DNA of 64,000 nt from Myxococcota bacterium (GCA_046583095.1 JAYGDB010000008.1:33164-97163); one strand, 5' to 3'; counted from the first letter of the stretch, positions 26,263-36,223 are shown. The notes: generated by a model not told the origin, from the letters alone. Numbers and translations are program-made.

Positions 26263-27288
26263 GTGACCGAACCCGCGGCAGCAACCGGAGCTTGCGTGCT
26301 CTGCGGAGAACCCGGCACGCCCCTCCATACCCAGTTGAGCGATCGCCTCTTCGACGCGACCGGCACGTGGTCGCTGCTCTCGTGCACCGGCTGCTCACTC
26401 GTATGGCTCGACCCCCGGCCCGAAAACCCCCTCGAACTCTACGACCGCTATTACACCCACGGCCGTGAAGGAGATCCCGAAACCAGCTCGCTGCTTCGGC
26501 GTGCCGTGAATCGCGGCATCCCAGCGGCGCGGATGGGCTATCCGGCGGCGCCGGGTGCGCCTCCCCTCGAGCGATGGCTCGGACAGCTGCTCTCCTGGAT
26601 CGGCCCCCTGCGCGAGATCGCCGAGCACGGCGTGATGTGGCTACCCGTTTCGCGGCGCGGACGGCTGCTCGACGTCGGCTGCGGCTCGGGTCTCTTCCTC
26701 GAACGGATGCGCGACTTCGGCTGGCAGGTCGCGGGCGTCGAGCCGGACGCCCCCGCCGCCAGTGCCGCCGTGCAGCGGTTGGGTGACGACGCCCTCGTCG
26801 TGGCCCACCTCGACGATCCGGCGCTCGCATCGGAATCCTTCGACGCCGTCAGTATGTCCCACGTAATCGAGCACGTGCCCGACCCGATCGGCACACTGAG
26901 CAAGTGCCGCGAGCTGCTGGCACCCGCAGGTACCCTGGTCTGCGTCACCCCGAACACGCGAAGCCTCGGCGTCCGATCCTTTGGCGCGAACTGGCTCCAC
27001 TGGGATCCGCCCCGCCATCTGAACGTCTTCGACCCCGCTTCCCTCGAGCGGACGATCCGGGAAGCCGGATTCGAGGTCGAGCGCGTGGCGACCCCCGGCA
27101 GCACCGCGCACTTCGTCTGGCAGGCCAGCAGCCTGATCGAGCGCCACGGCCGGCTCCCCGACATCGATCTCTCGGGAGTCTCGCCGGCGCTGCTGCTCGA
27201 GAGCATCGGCTTCTGGGCACTCGAGTACCTGCTCACCCGAATCGGTCGCCGCTGCGGTGAGGAGGTCCTCGTGGTGGCGAAGCGGTGA
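26263..27288 (+). CDS. Class I SAM-dependent methyltransferase with N-terminal Cys4 zinc-ribbon
   Basis: CVLCGEPG...CTGCSLVWLDPRP, LLDVGCGSGLFLE, FDAVSMSHVIEHVPDP. Start uncertain: GTG 26263 proposed. The track start 26140/26143 would overlap the divergent lipoprotein signal peptide. Confidence 0.75.
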   Translation: MTEPAAATGACVLCGEPGTPLHTQLSDRLFDATGTWSLLSCTGCSLVWLDPRPENPLELYDRYYTHGREGDPETSSLLRRAVNRGIPAARMGYPAAPGAPPLERWLGQLLSWIGPLREIAEHGVMWLPVSRRGRLLDVGCGSGLFLERMRDFGWQVAGVEPDAPAASAAVQRLGDDALVVAHLDDPALASESFDAVSMSHVIEHVPDPIGTLSKCRELLAPAGTLVCVTPNTRSLGVRSFGANWLHWDPPRHLNVFDPASLERTIREAGFEVERVATPGSTAHFVWQASSLIERHGRLPDIDLSGVSPALLLESIGFWALEYLLTRIGRRCGEEVLVVAKR

Positions 27289-28250
27289 GTTCCGCCCGGG
27301 TCTCGGTCGCGATGGCGACCTGCGACGGCGAGCGGTTCGTCCTCGAGCAGCTCGAGAGCATTGCGAGCCAGAGTCGCCTGCCTGACGAGTTGATCGTCTG
27401 CGACGACGCTTCTCGGGACGATACCTTCGCGCAACTCGAAGCCTTCGCGTCACGCGCCCCCTTCGAGGTTGTCGCCACATGCAATCCAGACCGACTCGGG
27501 ATCACCGCAAATTTCGAGCGCGCCATCTCGGCCTGCAGCGGGGACATCATCTTCCTCGCCGATCAGGACGACGTCTGGCTTCCGGAGAAGATCGCGACCC
27601 TCGCGCCGCTTCTCATAGAGCACCCCGACACGGGAGCCGTGTTCAGCGACGGCGAGATCGTCGATGCAGACGGCCACTCACTCGGCGACTCGCTCTGGCG
27701 TTCTCTCGGCTTCACCCGACGCGAGCAGGAGGCGGTCCGTGGGGGGCGGACCGTCGATGTCTTCCTGCGTCACGTCGTGGCCGCGGGAACGACGATGGCG
27801 TTCCGGTCGAGCCTGCGAGACCTGGCGCTGCCGTTTCCGACGCTTCGGAGTTGCCACGACGCCTTCGTCGCTTTCATCGCGGCCGCGACCTCCCGGGTGG
27901 AGATTGTCCCCGAGCGACTGATCCGGTATCGCCTGCACGGCGCAAACCAGATCGGAATTCGCAACCTCGACGTCTTCGGGCAACTCGCGAAAGCGCGCGA
28001 GCAGATCGAGACGGGAGCCTTTCCATACGCGGTCGAGTTCTTCCAGGCGGCGCGCGACCGGCTCGCGTTGGCGCCGCCCCCGACGCTCATGCAGATCGAC
28101 CAGAAGATCCTCCACGCGAGCCGCCGGGCCAGCATGTCCTCGCGCCTGGGCGGGCGCCTGGGAGCGATCCGACAGGAGATTCAGAGCCGGCGCTACTGGC
28201 GCTACTCGTACGGCTGGAAGAGCGTCGCCCAGGATCTCCTGCTGCGGTGA
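27285..28250 (+). CDS. GT2 glycosyltransferase
   Basis: 321 aa, GTGA overlap with the methyltransferase. VSVAMATCDGERFVLEQLESI, LIVCDDASRDDT, FLADQDDVW. Confidence 0.85.
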   Translation: MSSARVSVAMATCDGERFVLEQLESIASQSRLPDELIVCDDASRDDTFAQLEAFASRAPFEVVATCNPDRLGITANFERAISACSGDIIFLADQDDVWLPEKIATLAPLLIEHPDTGAVFSDGEIVDADGHSLGDSLWRSLGFTRREQEAVRGGRTVDVFLRHVVAAGTTMAFRSSLRDLALPFPTLRSCHDAFVAFIAAATSRVEIVPERLIRYRLHGANQIGIRNLDVFGQLAKAREQIETGAFPYAVEFFQAARDRLALAPPPTLMQIDQKILHASRRASMSSRLGGRLGAIRQEIQSRRYWRYSYGWKSVAQDLLLR

Positions 28251-30253
28251 GGTCTTGGGTCGGCCAGAGCGACCGCGTCTGCGACGCCGCCGTCTGCGGC
28301 TTCGCGGTGTGGACGCTGTGCTGTCACGCAGCCGCCTTCGCCGGCGGTAGCCTGGACACTCTCCTCTGGCTCTTCGCCGTCGGAGTCATCGCCCTGGGGA
28401 CCGCAGCCTGGAAGATGCGCGGGGCGGAGCCGGACCGCGAGGCACCCGGGGACGGCGAAGACTCGAGCGCGCCTGCGGGCTGGCAGCGCGCGTCCGTTGC
28501 AGTCTGGGCGCTGGGCTGCGTGCTGGCCGTCTCCCTCGACGCACCACTCCAACTCGTCTGGCTCGCGGCCGCCGCCCTCGCGATCGGTTTGTCGGCGCGC
28601 GAGCTATTCGCGTCGAAGGCCGAAGACGACCGGTCTCGCGCGCGCGAGACCGGGGTGCTCTGGATCGCAGGTCTCGCAGTCCTGTGCGTCATCATCACGC
28701 TCAGCTCGCATCGGCCGGACGCAGACGACGGCTTCTATTTGAATCTCGCCGTTGCGGCCGCTGAGAATCCGGGCGCCCCGGTGCTCGCGAACGACACGCT
28801 CCATCGGATCCCGGACGTTCCCCTGTCGCTACCCGTGTATCGGACACATTCGCTGGAGCTGCTGCAAGCTGCGCTCTCGCGCATCAGCGGCGCACCCGTC
28901 CTCGACGTCGCACACCTGTGGCTCCCGACGTTGGCGGCGCTGTGGGTGCCCTTCGCCTTCGCCCGCCTGACCCGACGCATCCTTCCTAGAGCGTGGCCCT
29001 GGGCGACCGGAATCTGGCTCGCCGTGCTGCTCTTCGCGGGGACCGCGAGCCACGGCTGGTCGAACTTCGGGCTCGTGCGGCTCCACCAGGGCAAGGCGCT
29101 GCTTCTCACCCTGCTCGCCCCACTCACGATCGCCTACGCGCTCGAATTCGCCCAGAGAGGCGGGGCACGGTCGTGGCTGCGCCTCGCGGCCGTGCAGATC
29201 TGCGCAGTGGGCGTGAGTGCGTCGGGCCTGTGGCTGGCTCCTGCGATGTCGGCAACCGCGCTGCTGGCCGGCGTCCGCAGCGTCGGGGAGGCCGCTTCGC
29301 GCAGGCGTCTCGCGATTGGGCTCGCCGCATCGGCCTACGTGCTCGTTCTCGCCCTGGCATTGCGCGGCGCCACCGTCGCCGCGTTCGAGAACGCGCCGAT
29401 TCAGAGCCCGGAACTCGATCTCTCGAGCCTGAAGCTCGCCACGCAGGCCATGCGCACGGTAATTGGCCCGGGACTCCCCGGCGCCTTTGCGCTCTTCGCG
29501 GCCTTCGGCGCCTGGGCGTTCGCCGAGAGAGCCGTCGCGCGACGACTCTGCGCGTTCTCGGCGGCCGCAACGCTGCTGCTCTGGAACCCGTTCGCCGCTT
29601 CCTTCGTTGCAGCGCACCTCACGAGCGCACCGACCTACTGGCGAATCCTGTGGCTGCTTCCGGTACCGGCGATGATCGCGGTCGTGCTGACGGCCCCGAT
29701 CGAGCGAGGTCTGCCCCCGAAGTCAGCAGCAGCAATCGTGATCGCTGCCACGATCCTTCTCTTCGGTGCCTCAGTGGCCTTCACCCCCAAGGCTCTGGCT
29801 CCTTCGGCTGCGAACCTCGTTCGCATCGCTGCGCCGGGTTGGAAAGTGCCTCCGAGCGAGTTCGACGCGGCCCGTGCGATCGCTGAAGCCAGCTCACCGA
29901 CCGACCGAGTACTCGCCCCCAAGCTCGTCGCACCCTGGGTTCCGACCTTCAGCGGCCATCCGACGCCTCTCGTCGTCCGAATCGAGTACCTCCCGGTGCT
30001 CTACGCCGCACTTGGACCCGAGGAACTGGCTCGTCGAATGCACCTGATGCGCCTGGTCTCCGGGGACCGGCACTCATCGCGTGCCGAGGCGATGCTGCGC
30101 GCTGTCATCCTCGAGGACGGCCTCGCGATCGTGTGCCTCGCGAATGCAGCCAAGCGCTGGCCCAACGTTACGCGCATCCTTGTAGAGACCGGCTTTCAGA
30201 AGATCCACGCGAACGCCGATTACGAAGTGTGGAAGCGGTCGTCTACCCTGTGA
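28247..30253 (+). CDS. Large polytopic membrane protein, GT-C-like, family not recognised
   Basis: Track ORF 27479-30253 trimmed to in-frame GTG 28247 (GTGA overlap). About 668 aa, many TM helices, first loop HRPDADDGFYLNLAVAAAENPG. Confidence 0.6.
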   Translation: MRSWVGQSDRVCDAAVCGFAVWTLCCHAAAFAGGSLDTLLWLFAVGVIALGTAAWKMRGAEPDREAPGDGEDSSAPAGWQRASVAVWALGCVLAVSLDAPLQLVWLAAAALAIGLSARELFASKAEDDRSRARETGVLWIAGLAVLCVIITLSSHRPDADDGFYLNLAVAAAENPGAPVLANDTLHRIPDVPLSLPVYRTHSLELLQAALSRISGAPVLDVAHLWLPTLAALWVPFAFARLTRRILPRAWPWATGIWLAVLLFAGTASHGWSNFGLVRLHQGKALLLTLLAPLTIAYALEFAQRGGARSWLRLAAVQICAVGVSASGLWLAPAMSATALLAGVRSVGEAASRRRLAIGLAASAYVLVLALALRGATVAAFENAPIQSPELDLSSLKLATQAMRTVIGPGLPGAFALFAAFGAWAFAERAVARRLCAFSAAATLLLWNPFAASFVAAHLTSAPTYWRILWLLPVPAMIAVVLTAPIERGLPPKSAAAIVIAATILLFGASVAFTPKALAPSAANLVRIAAPGWKVPPSEFDAARAIAEASSPTDRVLAPKLVAPWVPTFSGHPTPLVVRIEYLPVLYAALGPEELARRMHLMRLVSGDRHSSRAEAMLRAVILEDGLAIVCLANAAKRWPNVTRILVETGFQKIHANADYEVWKRSSTL

Positions 30254-30260
30254 GGACACC

Positions 30261-31226
30261 ATGATCGCCGTCGTCATTCCCTGCTACCGGGTGAAGAGCC
30301 GGATCCTCGACGTCGTGTCCGGGATCGGCCCCGAGTGCCAGGCCATCTACGTGGTCGACGACGGCTGCCCGGAGGGCAGCGGCGACCACGTCGAGGCCGA
30401 ATGCCGGGACCCTCGGGTCCACGTCCTGCGGCACGAGAGAAACCAGGGAGTCGGTGCCGCCACCCTCACTGGCTACCAGGCCGCGCTCGACGGGGGCGCT
30501 GCGGTGATCGTCAAGCTCGACGGCGACGGGCAGATGGATCCCACATGGATCCCGCGCCTGGTGCGGCCCATCCAGGACGGCGAAGCCGACTACGTGAAGG
30601 GAAACCGCTTCTTCGACCTGGGCGATCTCGGTGCAATGCCGCGCGCGCGCGTGCTCGGCAATTCGCTCCTCTCGTTCGCCAGCAAGCTCTCGAGCGGATA
30701 CTGGAACGTCTTCGATCCGACGAACGGCTTCACAGCCATCCACGCCGCGGTGGCCCGCCGGCTTCCCCTTGCAAAGCTCTCGAAGGGCTACTTCTTCGAA
30801 TCGGACCTGCTCTTCCGCCTCGGCATCCTCCGCGCCGTGGTCTGCGAGGTTCCGATGCCCGCCGTCTACCAGGATGAGCCCAGCAGCCTGGTGATCCGAC
30901 GGGTGATCTTCCAGTTCGCAGGTAGGCACTTCGTCAACACCTTCAAGCGGATCTTCTACAGCTATTACCTGCGCAACTTCAACATCGCCTCGATCGAGAT
31001 CCTGGCCGGCCTGGCCTTCCTCGCTTTCGGTGTGTGGTTCGGCACTTCCGAGTGGATCGACGGCATCCGAGCGAACGTTCCCGCCACCAGTGGCACCGTG
31101 ATGGTCGCAGCCCTGCCCGTGATCGTCGGAGTTCAGCTCATCCTCGCGTTCCTGAGCTACGACCTGCAGAACGTGCCCCGCGAGATCCTGCATCGGCGTC
31201 TGGAGCCCGCGCCGTCGAAGGTTTGA
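30261..31226 (+). CDS. GT2 glycosyltransferase with C-terminal TM helices (GtrB/ArnC/DPM1-like polyprenol-phosphate glycosyltransferase)
   Basis: 321 aa; MIAVVIPCYRV, IYVVDDGCPEGSG, NQGVGAATLTGY, KLDGDGQMDP, DYVKGNRF; two C-terminal TM segments; GAGGA RBS. Confidence 0.85.
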   Translation: MIAVVIPCYRVKSRILDVVSGIGPECQAIYVVDDGCPEGSGDHVEAECRDPRVHVLRHERNQGVGAATLTGYQAALDGGAAVIVKLDGDGQMDPTWIPRLVRPIQDGEADYVKGNRFFDLGDLGAMPRARVLGNSLLSFASKLSSGYWNVFDPTNGFTAIHAAVARRLPLAKLSKGYFFESDLLFRLGILRAVVCEVPMPAVYQDEPSSLVIRRVIFQFAGRHFVNTFKRIFYSYYLRNFNIASIEILAGLAFLAFGVWFGTSEWIDGIRANVPATSGTVMVAALPVIVGVQLILAFLSYDLQNVPREILHRRLEPAPSKV

Positions 31227-31228
31227 CG

Positions 31229-32230
31229 GTGAGGCGCGCGACCGGGCTCCTGCTGCGCGCGGCCGTGGCTCTGGCAGGGCTGGCGCTGGCGTTCCGGCTT
31301 GCCCTGCCCGCAGGTGAAGACTCCGTCGTCGCCTCCCTGCTCTCGGCCTGGCAGGTGCCCGTGGGCGAAGCGCTTCTCTGGTTCGGCGTCGCCGTGGTGC
31401 TCCTCGGCGCGAACCTGGGGATCGGGGCCCTTCGCTTCCGCGGGCTGCTGCGCGGCGCGGGCCTGCACATCGACCTCGGCACCCTGGCTCGCGCCTACCT
31501 GGTTGCGTCCTTCTTCAACCTCGTCCTCCCGGGGGCAATGCTCGGCGACGTCTACCGCTTCTGGGACGCTCGGCGCGACACCGGCGAGGGCTCGCGGGTG
31601 CTGGCTGTCGTAGTCCTGGAGCGACTCCTCTCCCTCGCGGCGCTCGGGGCCATCGCGCTTGCGGTGGCACCGGTGATTCCGTCACTTCACGAAGACCGGC
31701 AGCTGTTGCTGTGGCTCGTCCTTGCGGGCGGATCCTTCGTCGTGGTCGCGATCGGCGTGCTGCTGCCGAGGGTGAACCAAGTGTTGCGGAGAATCGCGCA
31801 CAGCCTCGGTCGTTTCCACGAATCCCTATCGACCACCGGCGTGCGCGCACTCGAGGCCGTCGGCTCGCTCGCGTCGAAACCCGCTGTCGTCTCACGCGCA
31901 TTCGGATGGAGCCTCGTCAACCAGGCTCTCCCGGTGCTCGCCCTTGTCGTCCTGGCGATTCCCCTCGACGCCTGGGTGCCTTGGTACTGGTTCGCCGTCA
32001 TCGTGCCCTTCGTGACCCTCGTATCGCTGCTTCCGATCAGCATCGGCGGAACGGGCGTCCGGGAGGTCCTCTACGTGTCACTCTTCGGAGCCGTCGGAAT
32101 GCGCGCCGATGTCGCGCTGGCCCTGTCCCTGTCGGTACTCGCGGCTGCCCTCATCTGGGGCGGCATCGGGCTGGCCGTATTCGCCGTGGGACGTCGTGGC
32201 GATTCGTCGCTGGCAACGACGGAGGGGTGA
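31229..32230 (+). CDS. Flippase-like membrane protein (LPG_synthase_TM / UPF0104-type)
   Basis: Track ORF trimmed to GTG 31229 (or TTG 31223), directly after the GT2 stop. FFNLVLPGAMLGDVYRFWDARR and VLERLLSLAALG resemble this family. Confidence 0.7.
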   Translation: MRRATGLLLRAAVALAGLALAFRLALPAGEDSVVASLLSAWQVPVGEALLWFGVAVVLLGANLGIGALRFRGLLRGAGLHIDLGTLARAYLVASFFNLVLPGAMLGDVYRFWDARRDTGEGSRVLAVVVLERLLSLAALGAIALAVAPVIPSLHEDRQLLLWLVLAGGSFVVVAIGVLLPRVNQVLRRIAHSLGRFHESLSTTGVRALEAVGSLASKPAVVSRAFGWSLVNQALPVLALVVLAIPLDAWVPWYWFAVIVPFVTLVSLLPISIGGTGVREVLYVSLFGAVGMRADVALALSLSVLAAALIWGGIGLAVFAVGRRGDSSLATTEG

Positions 32231-33132
32231 CGTTGGCCTTCCTCGGCATCGCGATCCCGTTCTACCGAAACGTCTCCTACCTCCGGACCGCGATCGAGAG
32301 CGTCACCGAGCAGTCGTCATCCGATTGGCGGTTGTGGGTGCTGGATGACTCCGGTGGAAACGAGCCCGAGGAGACGGTCCGGCAGCTGATCGCGTCCTTC
32401 GACGACGACCGGATCCGCTACCACCGAAACCCCGAGACGGTCGGCATGGCCGCGAACTGGAACCACTGCCTCGACTCGGCGGATACCGAGTTCATCACCC
32501 TGCTGCACGGCGACGACCGCCTCCTCCCGAACTACCTGGATGCGATCCAACGCGTCGCCCGTGCCCATCCGCAGGCGGTGGCCGTCTATTGCGATACGAC
32601 GATCATCGGCGCCTCGGGCGAGACTGAGTTCTCCCTGGCCGACCGGGTCAAGGGCTTCTTCTCACCAGGAGGCAGTGGCGAGGTAGTGCTCACCGGCCAG
32701 CCGGCAGCGACTGCGCTCATGCGTGGCAATTTCATCATGTGCCCCACCCTGAGCTTCCGTCGTTCCTTGCTCGGAGCGCGGCGCTTCGACGCCGGTTGGG
32801 AGCAGGTGCAAGACCTCGATCTGACGCTGCGGCTGCTGATGGATGGCGAGACGTTGGTCGGTGCCGCGGAGATCGCCTACGCGTACCGGCGCCACCCGGA
32901 GAGTGCGACATGGGTACAATCCCAGAATCGCCTCCGCTTCGACGAGGAGTTTCGGCTCTTCGACCAGATCGCGGCGCGCGCAGAAGCGCTCGGCTGGAGC
33001 GAGACGGCTCGCGTCTCGCGCCGCAAGCGGATTGTGAAGCTACACCTCGCGTACCGGGCGCTCCGGGCCTTCGCCAGGCTGCAACCGCGAAGCGCCGTCG
33101 AGACCCTGCGCTACCTGCGCTCCCGCTGGTAG
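32227..33132 (+). CDS. GT2 glycosyltransferase
   Basis: Track ORF trimmed to GTG 32227 (GTGA overlap). LGIAIPFYRNVSYLRTAIESV, WVLDDSGGNE, TLLHGDDRLLPNY. Confidence 0.85.
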   Translation: MTLAFLGIAIPFYRNVSYLRTAIESVTEQSSSDWRLWVLDDSGGNEPEETVRQLIASFDDDRIRYHRNPETVGMAANWNHCLDSADTEFITLLHGDDRLLPNYLDAIQRVARAHPQAVAVYCDTTIIGASGETEFSLADRVKGFFSPGGSGEVVLTGQPAATALMRGNFIMCPTLSFRRSLLGARRFDAGWEQVQDLDLTLRLLMDGETLVGAAEIAYAYRRHPESATWVQSQNRLRFDEEFRLFDQIAARAEALGWSETARVSRRKRIVKLHLAYRALRAFARLQPRSAVETLRYLRSRW

Positions 33133-34724
33133 GGCCCGTCGCGCCGCGTCCAGAACGTGCCGGAGCGAATCTGGGCGCCGGAGATTGGAACCAGGACCGT
33201 CACGTCCTCGAAGAGCCACCCCTTCATCTCGTAGTGGCGCTCGAGCAGACCGTCGGGCAGGTAGTTGCGAAGGAAGGCCGTGTTGCTGTCGATGACGACG
33301 GCAAAGCGCTTCTCGCGAATCGCACGCGTGTACGACTCGCGCAGCTCCTCGGCGTCCGCGAGGCCACTCTTCGCGTAGTCGGCGACAGGCATCTGATGCG
33401 CGAAGACGCGCTTTCCCGCGCGTCCCGCCAGGTAACCCTGGACGGGCATCAGCACCTCACCCTCGATTCCGGCTACCCGGGCCGCTAGGGCATTTCCAGC
33501 GCGACGATCGGCTTCGGTCGGCAGGATTCCGTCCGGCACCCGCATCAGGAGGGCTAGTTGCAACAGCAGACCCGCCGCCACCATGACCGCCACCGCCGCC
33601 GATCGTTCAGGGGATACGACAGCGCGGATACGAGCGATCGAGACCCCCAGCACGACAGCCAGCCAGGCGTGGGCCGGGATCAGATTGTTGGCAGCGCCGC
33701 CGACCTTGATACGCGGAATCAGGCAGGCCAGCAGCACGCAGACGAGGACGAGGAGATGGAAGCCGTCCCACTCGTCCTGCTGGCGGCGCCGAAGAACCAG
33801 CCACAAGAGGGGCGCCAGGCTGAGGACCGGCACCGAGAGCAGGAGATCGCGCCAGAGGAACCAGCCCACCATGTGGGGAAGGATCCCGTGCTGCTGCTGG
33901 GCGCCTACGATGTGCAGCAGGAAGTGCTCCTCGAGGATCCCGTTCAGGAGCCCGGTCGCAGTCCCGACGAGCGCTGCGAGCACCAACCCGTACGCGATGA
34001 AGCGATCCCACTCCCGAAAGCGTCCGAGATCTCGCTTGGTCGCCTTCCAGTCCGCCCAGGCGCACCACAGGGCCAGCGGTGCCACCACGACGACGGCGGT
34101 CTGCTTCGTCATCACGGCCAGGAAGGCCAACACCGCTGCGAGCACGAGATCCGAGCGTCCCTGCGCAAAACGAAACCGGTAGAGGGAAGCGAGCAGCAGG
34201 AAGGTGAAGAGGGAGTCGAGCCGGGCGACGTCGAAATAGAGCCCGGAGGCTCGCCATGTCGCCAGGAAGATGCCGGCGGCAATCGCGCCGAAGACCACGC
34301 GGCCCGTCTCCCGGCGCACGAATCGATGCACGATCCAGGCCGTGCCGAGGGAGGCGGCTAGGGAGATGATCCGCAGGGGAAGAAGGCCCGGCCCCGTGAG
34401 CTTGGAGACGATCGCACCCAGGTAGTAGTAGAAGGGCGGGTACGGGAAGGGAACGAACTCGATGGACGGCCTGACGTAGAGGGGGTCTCCGCGTAGCACC
34501 CGCATCAGGTGCTCGAGAGATCCCCCCTCCATCCACTCGAGTTCGAACGGATACGTGAGGCGCTGAAGCGAAGAACCGAGGTAGAGCGCCGCGAAGCCCA
34601 CAGACGCGACGACGCAAGCTGCCAGGATGGTGCGTTCGAGGCGCTCGGACACCGCGCAAGGGTATCGCAGCAGCGTTGACAGACGCGGCATGACCGGGGT
34701 CGATCGCCTACTTTCCGAGACCAT
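33111..34724 (-). CDS. GT39/ArnT-like GT-C membrane protein
   Basis: 537 aa (alternative start ATG 34691). YPFELEWMEGGSLEHLMRVLRGDPLYVRPSIEFVPFPYPPFYYYLG, polytopic. 22-nt convergent overlap with the GT2 at 32227-33132. Confidence 0.7.
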   Translation of the reverse strand: MVSESRRSTPVMPRLSTLLRYPCAVSERLERTILAACVVASVGFAALYLGSSLQRLTYPFELEWMEGGSLEHLMRVLRGDPLYVRPSIEFVPFPYPPFYYYLGAIVSKLTGPGLLPLRIISLAASLGTAWIVHRFVRRETGRVVFGAIAAGIFLATWRASGLYFDVARLDSLFTFLLLASLYRFRFAQGRSDLVLAAVLAFLAVMTKQTAVVVVAPLALWCAWADWKATKRDLGRFREWDRFIAYGLVLAALVGTATGLLNGILEEHFLLHIVGAQQQHGILPHMVGWFLWRDLLLSVPVLSLAPLLWLVLRRRQQDEWDGFHLLVLVCVLLACLIPRIKVGGAANNLIPAHAWLAVVLGVSIARIRAVVSPERSAAVAVMVAAGLLLQLALLMRVPDGILPTEADRRAGNALAARVAGIEGEVLMPVQGYLAGRAGKRVFAHQMPVADYAKSGLADAEELRESYTRAIREKRFAVVIDSNTAFLRNYLPDGLLERHYEMKGWLFEDVTVLVPISGAQIRSGTFWTRRDGPYQRERR

Positions 34725-36222
34725 GGACGCGACCCCTCGCGGATCGCGAAGCGGCTCTCGGATCGCACTGCTCGTCGGCTGCGCGAGCTTCCTCTTCTTC
34801 CTGCTTCTCCAACACGGTCACTTCAAGGGAAGCGACGAACTCGCGGTCTACGAGATGAGCCGCTCGATCCTCGAGAACGGCGACCTCGCCGTTCCGCCAC
34901 TCCGGCACACCGAGGTCGGTGCGGACGGCCGGCGCTACAGCTACTTCGCGCCCGGCCAGTCGGTCCTCGCGCTCCCGCTGTTCGCGCTGGCCGAGCCCCT
35001 GGGCGCCGTACTGCCCACCGCCTGGAGCGAAGCGCTGGCCGGCCCTCCGAATCGGCGTGGCGCCTACCGCTTCGGAGGCGAACTCGAAGCCACCCTGGTG
35101 GGCCTCTTCGGACCGCTCTCTGCCGCAGCGCTGATCGCGCTCTTCTTCGTGTTCCAGCTCGATCTCGGAGTCTCTCCTCGCCGCGCGGTGATCGTCGCCC
35201 TGCTCGTCGCGATGTCGACCCACACCGCGGTGATGTCCGCATATTTCTTGCGGCACACCACCGAGGCAATCACCCTACTGGGCGCGCTGCTCCTCTTCCG
35301 GCGTTTCAGCCAGTCCGGCTCCCTCAAGACCCTTGGCATCGGCAGCGCCCTCGCGTCCCTCACGCTTCTCATCCGGGTTCCCGCCGCGATCGCGGCGCCG
35401 ACCCTGGCCAGCTACCTCGTGTGGGTGCTCTACCAGCGCGGCGAGTGGCGCATGGGCGGCGCTCGGTTCGCCGGCATCCTCGCGGCCATCCTGATGCCGC
35501 TCGGGATCGCCCTCGCGATCCATGTCGGCATCAGCGAAGCGAAGTGGGGAAGCTGGCTGATTTCGCCGATGGTCGAGCAGCAGGGCCGCTTCAACAATCC
35601 CCTGCTGCGCGGCCTCGCCGGTCTGCTGCTGAGCCCGGGATCGAGCATCTTCGTGTACTCACCGCTGCTGCTGCTTGCCCCGTTCGGACTCACCAGGCTG
35701 TGGCGCCGGGAACGCGCCCTGGCGGCGGCGGCCCTCGCCCTGACCGCCACCTGGCTGCTCTTCTACGCGCGCTTCGACGGTTGGAGTGGCCTCTGGTCGG
35801 CGCCCGGCCCGCGCTACCTGTTCCTGCTCGTTCCCCTGCTGCTGCTCCCGCTTGGCCTGTGGCTCGACTCGCCACGACGCTGGGCGGCCGCTTCGCTGCT
35901 CGCGGTCGCGGGGTTGTTCGTTCAGCTGGTCTCGACGCTGGTCCGCTGGGGATCCGTGCCCGGCCTCGCCGATTATCCGATTCTCGGACCCGACCAGGCG
36001 GACTTCCTCTTCCAGATCTCGCGCAGCCCCGTCCTAGTCATGACCGGGCTGCTGGCAAGCGGCGGCCCGATCGACTCCTGGCTGTGGAACCTGTGGCACG
36101 GGTGGGAGGGCTTCGCAGGACAGCCTGGCGCGGTCGTCGCGCTTCTCGGCCTCTGGACTGCGGCGGCGAGCGTCTGCGGAATCGGGCTCCGGCGCGCGCT
36201 GCGCGCAACGCGGGCCAGCTGA
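34723..36222 (+). CDS. Polytopic membrane protein, GT-C-like
   Basis: Start ATG 34723 (alternatives 34690, 34627). HFKGSDELAVYEMSRSILENGDLAVPP...YSYFAPGQSVLALPLFALAEPLG; about 12 predicted TM helices. Confidence 0.55.
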   Translation: MDATPRGSRSGSRIALLVGCASFLFFLLLQHGHFKGSDELAVYEMSRSILENGDLAVPPLRHTEVGADGRRYSYFAPGQSVLALPLFALAEPLGAVLPTAWSEALAGPPNRRGAYRFGGELEATLVGLFGPLSAAALIALFFVFQLDLGVSPRRAVIVALLVAMSTHTAVMSAYFLRHTTEAITLLGALLLFRRFSQSGSLKTLGIGSALASLTLLIRVPAAIAAPTLASYLVWVLYQRGEWRMGGARFAGILAAILMPLGIALAIHVGISEAKWGSWLISPMVEQQGRFNNPLLRGLAGLLLSPGSSIFVYSPLLLLAPFGLTRLWRRERALAAAALALTATWLLFYARFDGWSGLWSAPGPRYLFLLVPLLLLPLGLWLDSPRRWAAASLLAVAGLFVQLVSTLVRWGSVPGLADYPILGPDQADFLFQISRSPVLVMTGLLASGGPIDSWLWNLWHGWEGFAGQPGAVVALLGLWTAAASVCGIGLRRALRATRAS

Positions 36223-36223
36223 G

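Noticed and set aside
27479-28246. N-terminal extensions of track ORFs (27479-28246, 5641-6033, 31034-31228, 31711-32226, 24049-24264, 16405-16560, 26166-26387, 61433-61567, 52343-52453, 52900-52944)
   Set aside because: The extensions overlap the upstream gene in another frame or are Arg-rich nonsense. Each has a better internal start with an RBS, a signal peptide or a 4-nt stop-start overlap.
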